Shown here in pieces: positions 7,779-15,201 of a stretch of DNA of 20,000 nucleotides (position 1 is its first letter; every line of letters begins with the position of its first letter). The notes under the pieces are model-generated. The model made no database searches, was not told the DNA's origin, and saw only the letters and a list, made by a program, of their open reading frames with translations. A program made the position numbers and the translations under genes. Source of the stretch: Pseudomonadota bacterium (GTDB lineage: Bacteria; Bdellovibrionota_F; JAHFAK01; JBDREC01); the NCBI GenBank assembly GCA_043820105.1, contig JBDREC010000041.1, positions 50,258-70,257 of the forward strand, written 5' to 3'.

Positions 7779-9392
7779 TTAATGCCTAAAGTGTCTCATT
7801 CCAGTCATAAACATTGATATTCCAAGTTCATCACATTTCTTAATAACTGCCCTATCCTTAATTGACCCCCCTGGTTGAACAACTGTTTTAATTCCATATT
7901 CATTCATTATTTCTATGTTATCTGGAAAAGGGAAAAAGGCATCTGAAATTAAAACAATTCTTTCTAGCTCTTCTTTTTTATAAGCTTCAAATTCAGTTTC
8001 AGGGCCAGTAAATTCATTCTTAAGATTTTCAAGCATCCTATCAAGTGACAGTCTAACTGAATTTACTCGATTTGGCTGGCCTGCACCAATTCCAAGCAGT
8101 TGAAAGTAATTATTATTTTTAAATTTTCTTATAACAACTATTGCATTTGATTTAACGGATCTGCAAGCTTTTAGACCAAACTCAATAAACTCTTTTGTTA
8201 GGATATCACATTCTCTTTTAGTAACTAAGGTTAGATCCTTTAAAAGTTCATTATCAGAATCTTGCAAAAGCAAAGTTCCATTTAAAAATTTATAATCTGC
8301 TTTCATATTTGAAGAAAGCGGATCAAGCTTAATAATTCTTAAGCCTTTATGAAGCTTAAGATATTCAAGGGTCTCATCAGCATAAGATGGGGCAATAATT
8401 ACTTCAACAAATTTTCTTTTAAACTTATCTTCATGATCAAGCTCTAAGAACTTTGCAGTTTCAAGTTTTAGTGGTTTATTAAAAGCAATAATTGATCCAA
8501 AGGCTGAAACTGGATCAGAAGCCCAGGCTTTTTCAAATACTTCCAGCTGATCATCTCCTTCACATAAGCCACAGGGATTAGTATGTTTAATGATAGCACA
8601 TCCAAAGCGATCTAAATCCTTGCAGGCATATATAGCACCATCAATATCAACAATATTATTATAAGAAAGCTCCTTTCCACCAAGAATTTCCATATCAAAA
8701 AGAGAATTTTCAAAATCATTTTGTTTGTAAAACATTGCTTCTTGATGTGGATTTTCACCATATCTTAATTTCATACCTTTTGAGAATGAAAGCCTTTTTG
8801 AATAAACACCAAAGCGCTGGTCTAGGGTTTCTGCAATCATTGAATCATAATCAGCTGTATGGTTAAAGGCAAGTCTAGCTAACTTCTCTTTAGTTTCTAA
8901 AGATAAAGATCCTGCGTTTTTGTTAAGCTCAAATATGATATTTTCATACTGAGCAGGATCTGTAAGACAGGCAACAAATTTATAATTTTTAGCAGCAGCC
9001 CGAATCATTGTAGGTCCACCAATATCAATATTTTCAACCAAAGTATCCAGATCAGCATTTTCATCCCTGTAATTTTTAAAAGGATAGAGATTACAAATCA
9101 CCATATCTATAGCTTCTATTCCAAGATCACTAGCTTCTTTGGCATCATTATCTCTGTGAAATAATATGGCAGATTCTATTTCAAAGGAAATTGTCTTCAT
9201 CCTGCCTGAAAAGGCTTCAGGATTTCCTGTTACCTTTGATATTTCAGTGAATCCAATTCCATTTTCTTTTAAAACTTTTCCTGTACCCCCAGTTGATATC
9301 AACTCACATCCATTAGCAACGAGAGCCTTAGCTAATGCAACAATTCCATCCTTATTAGATACTGACAATAAGGCTTTTTTTATTTTAAGCAT
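7779..9392 (-). CDS. purH: Bifunctional AICAR transformylase / IMP cyclohydrolase
   Basis: ALLSVSNK, ISTGGT, NLYPF, IDIGGPTMIRAAAKN, LRYGENPHQ, KHTNPCG, SDAFFPF, QPGGS, RHFRH. Start reassigned from TTG 9491 to ATG 9392 (GGAGG SD, homology begins MLKIKKALLS). Confidence 0.97.
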   Translation of the reverse strand: MLKIKKALLSVSNKDGIVALAKALVANGCELISTGGTGKVLKENGIGFTEISKVTGNPEAFSGRMKTISFEIESAILFHRDNDAKEASDLGIEAIDMVICNLYPFKNYRDENADLDTLVENIDIGGPTMIRAAAKNYKFVACLTDPAQYENIIFELNKNAGSLSLETKEKLARLAFNHTADYDSMIAETLDQRFGVYSKRLSFSKGMKLRYGENPHQEAMFYKQNDFENSLFDMEILGGKELSYNNIVDIDGAIYACKDLDRFGCAIIKHTNPCGLCEGDDQLEVFEKAWASDPVSAFGSIIAFNKPLKLETAKFLELDHEDKFKRKFVEVIIAPSYADETLEYLKLHKGLRIIKLDPLSSNMKADYKFLNGTLLLQDSDNELLKDLTLVTKRECDILTKEFIEFGLKACRSVKSNAIVVIRKFKNNNYFQLLGIGAGQPNRVNSVRLSLDRMLENLKNEFTGPETEFEAYKKEELERIVLISDAFFPFPDNIEIMNEYGIKTVVQPGGSIKDRAVIKKCDELGISMFMTGMRHFRH

Positions 9393-9406
9393 GAAACCCT
9401 CCAGAA

Positions 9407-9441
9407 ACGTACAGCGTACAGCGTACGGCGTACGGAGTAAA
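9407..9441. repeat. Heptamer tandem array (GCGTACR)x4 in the purH leader
   Basis: ACGTACA GCGTACA GCGTACG GCGTACG GAGTAAA. It is GC-rich against an AT-rich background and has a palindromic CGTACG core. Confidence 0.85.
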
Positions 9442-9568
9442 TTTGAAGTTTGAGTTGATTTATATCTAATCATCCTAAAAATAAAAATCAACTTATTATC
9501 TTTATAATTTCAATAATTTACAAAAGATTCACAACTTGGATACAAAGTTGTCAAAAGACAGCTTAATC

Positions 9569-9585
9569 TGCTAAAATTATGCCAA
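9569..9585 (-). promoter_or_regulatory. Possible sigma-54 (-24/-12) promoter facing purH
   Basis: Minus strand TTGGCATAATTTTAGCA with GG-N10-GC spacing and one mismatch in the -12 element. Confidence 0.35.
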
Positions 9586-9670
9586 GTATTTGCACAGTTT
9601 GTAAATGTTAAAAAAAGAGCATTTGTTACTAAGCACTTGTTTGTATTGAATTATAAACAAAACCGTTAAA

Positions 9671-9687
9671 TTGGTCTAATATTTGCA
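9671..9687 (+). promoter_or_regulatory. Possible sigma-54 promoter for the metallophosphoesterase
   Basis: TTGGTCTAATATTTGCA with GG-N10-GC spacing, a good -12 and a degenerate -24, about 43 nt before the ATG. Confidence 0.4.
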
Positions 9688-9729
9688 TATCATATCTTTG
9701 ATTTATTTTTTTTACTGTGGGAAACATAT

Positions 9730-10743
9730 ATGAAACATACAAAATCAAAATTCATAATCATAATCTCAATCTTAATCCTAATTTCATTAATTTCATCAAA
9801 TAAACTCTTTGCTTTTTCCCCATGCCTTAACTTATTCGGAGCTAGCATTGAAAAAATAAAAATGGAAAAAAAAGTCCTAATCCACGGTGATATCCATGGT
9901 GAACTTTCAGGTTTTCAAGATAATCTAATTAATGAAAATCTTGTTAATGTTCTAGGCGAATGGATAGCTGAAGATACAACCTTAATAGTAACAGGTGATT
10001 TAATTGATAGAGGTCCAAAATCCATAGAAACATACGATTATCTAATGGACCTTCAGAAACAAGCAAAAGAAAAGAAAAATGGAAGTGAAGTAATTATACT
10101 TCTGGGAAATCATGAACAGTATATTTTAAGGGGAATATTTGATGTGCTCGTAGAAAGCATAGAAAAACAAGGCACAAATAGATTGATGGCTTTTAACCAG
10201 GCATTAAGATTAAGAAATCGTATGATAGATGATGTAATTTCAGGTAAAATTGTTGGCTCAACAGTAGTTAATGGTGATTTAGTTACACATGCTGGAATGA
10301 GGACAGAAATTAGATTAATGTTAAAAGAAGAATTCGCACAACTTGAAGGAATTCCTGTTGACGAAGTTACAGTTGAACAAATTTCATGGATTCATAATAT
10401 CAACTGGATAAATGCTGTAGTTAATGAAGATTTTTCCCCTCCAATGTTTCAAGCAGATGCCAGACGAGGTGGGGTGGCAAATGTTGGTGGAACAACATGG
10501 AATGATGCTCAAGACATTGACACTTCAATGGAAGCATTGATTGATTTTGACCAGATTTTTGGACATTCAGCTGCACAAAAAGGAGAAGCCTTAATTAGAC
10601 TATATCAGGATGGTAGAGGTATTTGCGTGGATGCTGGCCATTATGCAGGCAGACGAGCATATGTTATAATGGAAAGTGGTGAAATAATTACAGTTGAAGG
10701 CAGTGGTGCTGGATATGAAAGAAAAGTAGTTGGAAAATATTAG
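9730..10743 (+). CDS. Secreted calcineurin-like metallophosphoesterase (PPP family, Shewanella-like phosphatase type)
   Basis: N-terminal hydrophobic signal, then the GDIHG, GDLIDRG, GNHE, HAG and FGH metal-binding motifs. Confidence 0.9.
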   Translation: MKHTKSKFIIIISILILISLISSNKLFAFSPCLNLFGASIEKIKMEKKVLIHGDIHGELSGFQDNLINENLVNVLGEWIAEDTTLIVTGDLIDRGPKSIETYDYLMDLQKQAKEKKNGSEVIILLGNHEQYILRGIFDVLVESIEKQGTNRLMAFNQALRLRNRMIDDVISGKIVGSTVVNGDLVTHAGMRTEIRLMLKEEFAQLEGIPVDEVTVEQISWIHNINWINAVVNEDFSPPMFQADARRGGVANVGGTTWNDAQDIDTSMEALIDFDQIFGHSAAQKGEALIRLYQDGRGICVDAGHYAGRRAYVIMESGEIITVEGSGAGYERKVVGKY

Positions 10744-10866
10744 AGATTGAAATCTTAATAAAATTTCAAATTCAAATTATCAAAAAACTAATAGTAAAAT
10801 ACTTTTGGATTGCTTAATGAGTAAATATATGCACTTTAGTGTTTTCTATTTTTCAAATGGATTTGA

Positions 10867-11733
10867 ATGGATTGGTTTTTTTATATAATTATAGCCACAG
10901 TGTTATATGGTGTTTATAATTTCATTTATAAACTTGCTACAAGCAAAGGAATATCCAGTTCACAGATAGTGAATAAGGCTGCTATTTCAGTTTCTATATT
11001 ATCATTTTTAACCATTTTAATTTTAGGGAGTGAATTTGTTGATATTGAATTAATTTTATTTTTTGCTCTTTTAAACTCATCGGCCTTTGCACTTGGTGCT
11101 GTTTGCAAAGTTAAAGCTCTTAGTTATATTCCAACATCATATGTTTTTCCAATTGGCAAAATGAACGCATTTTTAGTTATTATTTTATCAATAGTTTTTC
11201 TTGGAGATAGACCAACGATTAATCAATATATTGGATTTTTATTTATACTTTTAATGATGCTTATTTTATTTTGGGATGTATTTGATAATAGGAAAAATTC
11301 TAACTATAAAAATGTTAAACTTGGAATTATGCTTGCTTCTGTTTCAGCTATTGCAACTGCAGGGTCTATGTTTGTTGGAAAATTTGCATCTACGAGTGTA
11401 ACAATATTAAATTATATTTTTGTTTCCTACTCTATGGTTGCAATTTATACCTACCTTATACCAAAATTTATAAATAGGAATACGCTTTTAGAAAAAACTA
11501 GCAAATCAGTATATTTTTATGGTTTTGCAGCTGGACTATTAAATTTCATTGGATACTATCTTGTGCTAAAAGCCTTTGCCTGCGGCCCTTTATCTTTAAT
11601 TCAAGGAATATCAGCAACAGCCCTGGCTATTCCCATCTTTCTATCGATTGTATTTCTGAAAGAAAGCTTTAATTTGAAAAAGGGTTTGATTGTTTTATTT
11701 GCTTTGATAGCTATTATTTTGATAAAAATTTAG
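10867..11733 (+). CDS. EamA/DMT family transporter
   Basis: 288 aa, about 10 hydrophobic segments in two repeated halves, each ending in …LSIVFL(G/K)(D/E)…. Confidence 0.9.
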   Translation: MDWFFYIIIATVLYGVYNFIYKLATSKGISSSQIVNKAAISVSILSFLTILILGSEFVDIELILFFALLNSSAFALGAVCKVKALSYIPTSYVFPIGKMNAFLVIILSIVFLGDRPTINQYIGFLFILLMMLILFWDVFDNRKNSNYKNVKLGIMLASVSAIATAGSMFVGKFASTSVTILNYIFVSYSMVAIYTYLIPKFINRNTLLEKTSKSVYFYGFAAGLLNFIGYYLVLKAFACGPLSLIQGISATALAIPIFLSIVFLKESFNLKKGLIVLFALIAIILIKI

Positions 11734-11855
11734 TTAAAAGCAATTCGACCAAGCCATCTAGAAATAAAATCAATATCTGTTTGAGTTAGAGAATTTTCTT
11801 TATCATAATTTTTTTCATTAATATATAGCCTTATAGTCTCAATATCTTGTAGCTT

Positions 11856-11908
11856 AAAAAGCCAGCATATTCCAGTGTCAGATTAAAAAAACCAGCATAT
11901 TTTGACAC
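11856..11908. promoter_or_regulatory. Direct repeat pair plus short inverted repeat; candidate enhancer (UAS) for a sigma-54 activator
   Basis: AAAAAGCCAGCATATT (11856-11871) and AAAAAACCAGCATATT (11886-11901), 30-bp period. GTGTCA (11875-11880) and TGACAC (11903-11908). Confidence 0.45.
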
Positions 11909-11985
11909 CATAATAAATTATCTTTTGAAACTTCAGACGAACCTTAACTTTATGATTTCACACTTCATTTTATAAAACATCCTTA

Positions 11986-12002
11986 TTGGCATTATTCTTG
12001 CG
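11986..12002 (+). promoter_or_regulatory. Sigma-54 (-24/-12) promoter
   Basis: TTGGCATTATTCTTGCG matches TGGCA-N6-TTGC with exact spacing, 40 nt upstream of ATG 12042. Confidence 0.7.
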
Positions 12003-12041
12003 ATGGATGACTGAGTTATTTCAATAAAGAAGGGGCCTTTA

Positions 12042-12539
12042 ATGAATTTTAGAAATCTTTTAAGAAAAGTTTGCTTATTTTCTTTAATAAGCTTTAACAT
12101 TGCAGTTTCAAACCAAACAATTGAAAATCCTGCACAAAGCTTTTCAAGGTGCAAGCATACACTTGAAAAACAGGGGATCTTCCAATCAAATTACTATGAA
12201 TGGGTTAATCATTATTGTGAAAATACAACTATTAACGAGCTGGCAAAAGTAAATAGTTGTGCATATCAATTAAGTGAAATTTACAATGTAGAGAGATTGG
12301 ATTATGCATATTTTAGATGCTTTCATTTTAATGGAACTAGAACAAATGAATTACTAGAATGCACTGATAGCTTAACAAAAATGGGAGTTAGCGGAGAATA
12401 TGCTTCTTACAGATGTTATCATAATATTTACAGAGAAGATGAGCTAATATCATGTACAAAATGGACACAGGTCTTAACCTTTGGTGATGCTGAAATTGCA
12501 TCTTATAGGTGTGCTGGAGTTGATTATAGAATGTGGTGA
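12042..12539 (+). CDS. Secreted hypothetical protein with four Cys-pair repeats
   Basis: Signal-like N-terminus, then four units C-x(17-21)-C ending NHYC, YAYFRC, YASYRC, IASYRC. SD AAGGGG. Confidence 0.8.
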   Translation: MNFRNLLRKVCLFSLISFNIAVSNQTIENPAQSFSRCKHTLEKQGIFQSNYYEWVNHYCENTTINELAKVNSCAYQLSEIYNVERLDYAYFRCFHFNGTRTNELLECTDSLTKMGVSGEYASYRCYHNIYREDELISCTKWTQVLTFGDAEIASYRCAGVDYRMW

Positions 12540-12626
12540 GATTGTTGATAGATTAATCTTCTTGAATTTTATTTATTTTCATAGTAAAAATATTTTTTCA
12601 ATTATTAGAATTAGTTAGGTTTTAAA

Positions 12627-12920
12627 ATGATATATAAAAAACCATTCGTAAAATGTCTAACAGGCATAAAGAAAACTGCTTGCTATAATGGTTCATCTGC
12701 CTCAGGTGGACTCGCTGACAGTACTTGTGATACTAATGGAATATCGCCACACGACACTTGTGGAAATGGCCCGAATAATATTGATGGATATGGCGCTTGC
12801 AATGCAAATGGAATTTCAGCGGGAGCTTGTAATAGTAATGGATCAGATGTTAGCTTGGCTAACTGCTCAAGCGGAACAAGCGTCTTATCTTGTTTGACCG
12901 GTCCTTCAGCAGCTTCCTAA
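12627..12920 (+). CDS. Cys/Gly/Ser/Asn-rich peptide, putative radical-SAM RiPP precursor
   Basis: Leader MIYKKPFVKCL (YxxP motif). All 8 Cys are followed by Gly at +3 or +4. No signal peptide. Confidence 0.7.
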   Translation: MIYKKPFVKCLTGIKKTACYNGSSASGGLADSTCDTNGISPHDTCGNGPNNIDGYGACNANGISAGACNSNGSDVSLANCSSGTSVLSCLTGPSAAS

Positions 12921-14863
12921 AAAGCCAACTGAAATGCAGCATTTCCATCTAGAACAAATATCACAGTATTTTCCATATATCCATAACTAGATGGATTTTT
13001 TTCATCGGATTTTTCTATAGTTACATTAGCTGCATTATCTAAATCATTATCAACAAAAACCTTTGGCAATATTACATCTTCGAAATTAGAAGAATCTATA
13101 TTCTTGAGCTGCACCATTATAGCTTTATCATAAAGCCCATCAGCAACAATACTAAAAGCAGCTGTCACAGAATCACCAATAGAATCACCTATCAGATCAT
13201 CTATAGCAGAAATGGTGACCAAAGTTCCTTCAAGAAAGTTTTCCGGAGGAATTTCAACAAATAAATCATAAAAAATATTTTCAGGATCATCACAGCTTAA
13301 ACGATAAGCTCCTGTTCCCAATTCAACTTCTCCACCTTCACAAATATCAACTTCTTCAAACTCTACTAATCCATGACCTTCCTTCTTACCATCTGTCTTC
13401 TCTCCATCTTTCTTCTCTCCGTCTTTCTTCTCTCCGTCTTTCTTCTCTAGATCATCCTTTTTCTCTCCATCTTTCTTCTCTCCGTCTTTCTTCTCAAGAT
13501 CATCTTTCTTCTCTCCATCTTTCTTCTCTAGATCATCCTTTTTCTCTCCGTCTTTCTTCTCTCCGTCTTTCTTCTCTAGATCATCTTTATTCTCTCCATC
13601 TTTCTTCTCTAAACCATCTTTATCCTTACCTTCTTTATCCTTATCACTAACAGTCTTATCATCTTCCCCTGTTTTTTGTTTATCGCTACCTCTACCATCA
13701 TTTTCTCTTACCTTATCTAAAGCATCATTCATACTATCATCATTAAATAGACGCCCTTTTTCTTTGATTTCTCCCATTTTTTCATCGATTTTTTCATCTA
13801 CATCCATTGCTAAATCTGATATTTTAGAAAGCTCATCTTTTTCGATTTTTTCTTTTATTCTTTCACCCATATCAATTGAAGCTGCTTGTGAAGATGCTGC
13901 ATATTCAAAAGCTTCAGCCATTGCCTGCATCCTATCTTCCTTGCTTGATGCTGCCTGAAAAGCAGTCATTGCATTAGTTTCAGATTCTTTCACTCCCTCA
14001 TTCATTTCAGAAATAAGCTGGGCAGCACCGGCTGCTGCTTCTTTTATATCAACTTCAATGTTAGAATTATTATTAAAAGAAGCTCTTTCAGATGCTTCTT
14101 CTATTATGTCTGAAATTACATCTTCTGAATCACTCATACCAGCGCCATATTCACCATTTGCTATTGAATTAGCCATGCTTTGCATTGACATAGAAAAATA
14201 ATTTTGAGTAGTAACCTCCGAAGCAATAGTTTCTCCAATAGCCCCTAAAGTACTAGTTGATGTATTAATAATATTCATTATCTCTGTTGATCTGGAAGCT
14301 GTTGCTAGAGCAGCTGTTTGTAAGCTTAAATCATCACTTGAAGCAAGGGCCAGGTGATCATCTTTTAAAATATCAAGATCACCAGATAAACCTAAAGATG
14401 CTGAAACAAAATCAGCAGCTTCAGAAGCTGAATATCCTTGTGATGCTACAAAATCCTGAACTATGGTTGTAATAGGTGTAACAACTACAGATGAAACACC
14501 GTCTTCAGCTTCAGGGCTTGGTGCCCTTAATATACCTTCAAATTCTGAAACTGTTGATACATCTGTTCCTTCTGTAACAACAATAGAGCCAACACATGAG
14601 GGATTAATAAATTCAAAGTTTCCCTCACTATCCGTTTCAGTACTTGGTTCAGAAGCATCAATCTCTCCACTCTCATCACAATCAAGACCAACAGTTGATC
14701 CTGACAAATAGCCATCAATTGCAACACCATTTATTGTCATTGCAATAGTAGTTGTATCATCAACATCACCAGTGTTTCCTATATTGCCAAAAAATCCTTC
14801 ACATGAGATGATTAATAGACTAGTTAATAATATTGTGATTATTGTTAAATAAGATCTAAGCAT
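12917..14863 (-). CDS. Large acidic lipoprotein with Ca-binding-like loop and KKDGE repeat tract
   Basis: Lipobox LIIS-C. N-terminal GVAIDGYLSG…LDCDESGEIDASE…TDSEGNF…VTPITT beta domain, helical middle, charged repeats, C-terminal beta domain. SD GGAGG. Confidence 0.8.
   Translation of the reverse strand: MLRSYLTIITILLTSLLIISCEGFFGNIGNTGDVDDTTTIAMTINGVAIDGYLSGSTVGLDCDESGEIDASEPSTETDSEGNFEFINPSCVGSIVVTEGTDVSTVSEFEGILRAPSPEAEDGVSSVVVTPITTIVQDFVASQGYSASEAADFVSASLGLSGDLDILKDDHLALASSDDLSLQTAALATASRSTEIMNIINTSTSTLGAIGETIASEVTTQNYFSMSMQSMANSIANGEYGAGMSDSEDVISDIIEEASERASFNNNSNIEVDIKEAAAGAAQLISEMNEGVKESETNAMTAFQAASSKEDRMQAMAEAFEYAASSQAASIDMGERIKEKIEKDELSKISDLAMDVDEKIDEKMGEIKEKGRLFNDDSMNDALDKVRENDGRGSDKQKTGEDDKTVSDKDKEGKDKDGLEKKDGENKDDLEKKDGEKKDGEKKDDLEKKDGEKKDDLEKKDGEKKDGEKKDDLEKKDGEKKDGEKKDGEKTDGKKEGHGLVEFEEVDICEGGEVELGTGAYRLSCDDPENIFYDLFVEIPPENFLEGTLVTISAIDDLIGDSIGDSVTAAFSIVADGLYDKAIMVQLKNIDSSNFEDVILPKVFVDNDLDNAANVTIEKSDEKNPSSYGYMENTVIFVLDGNAAFQLAF
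13383..13645 (-). repeat. Coding tandem repeat of 15-nt (KKDGE) and 18-nt (KKDDLE) units
   Basis: Nine KKDGE and four (N/K)KDDLE units are interleaved in the translated protein. On the + strand the DNA unit is tctccRtctttcttc. Confidence 0.92.
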
Positions 14864-14943
14864 AGCCCCTCCCCAAAGATAAGGTGTAAATCTAGAAAAT
14901 TATAGATTATATTTTATATTATCATATTATTATAGTAAATTAA

Positions 14944-14959
14944 AGTGATTTTAGTCACA
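14944..14959. promoter_or_regulatory. CRP-family-like operator overlapping a candidate sigma-70 -35 element
   Basis: Minus strand TGTGA-CTAAAA-TCACT (9/10 to TGTGA-N6-TCACA). TTGTGA-17-TACTAT promoter geometry faces the 14863 gene. Confidence 0.4.
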
Positions 14960-15201
14960 AATAGCGTTTATTTAATACGTTTTTTCATGTCTATTCCCTT
15001 TCATGTTACTTTATGAAATGTTATTGTTTACCTACAATGAGTAAATTAGCAGGATCTATACCAAGATATTAAAAACCAAGATTTCCTGTTTTTTCAGAGA
15101 ATTAGACCAGGAACATCCTGCACAATAAACTAAAATTAGCAAAAAGTGCTCGCGAACATGCGACAATTTAAGTTATAGGGGAATGTTTAATAGGGGATAT
15201 T

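Noticed and set aside
9393..9491. 33-aa N-terminal extension of PurH in the ORF track
   Set aside because: It merely translates through the heptamer array. A GGAGG SD and PurH homology start at ATG 9392.
9393..9729. ZMP/ZTP or guanine riboswitch ahead of purH
   Set aside because: The conserved GC-rich core motifs are not visible by eye. An Infernal scan would be decisive.
11730..11870. Stop-free minus-strand frame of about 50 codons (…CWLFKLQDIETIRLYINEK…RIAFN)
   Set aside because: No ATG/GTG start or SD and no recognisable similarity. At most a gene remnant.
11856..11901. CRISPR-like or transposon-end interpretation of the direct repeat
   Set aside because: Only two 16-bp copies, with no spacers, cas genes or transposase.
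14899..14935. TTATAGA/TTATATT pseudo-heptamer run
   Set aside because: Low-complexity AT DNA with irregular period, so not counted in the heptamer family.
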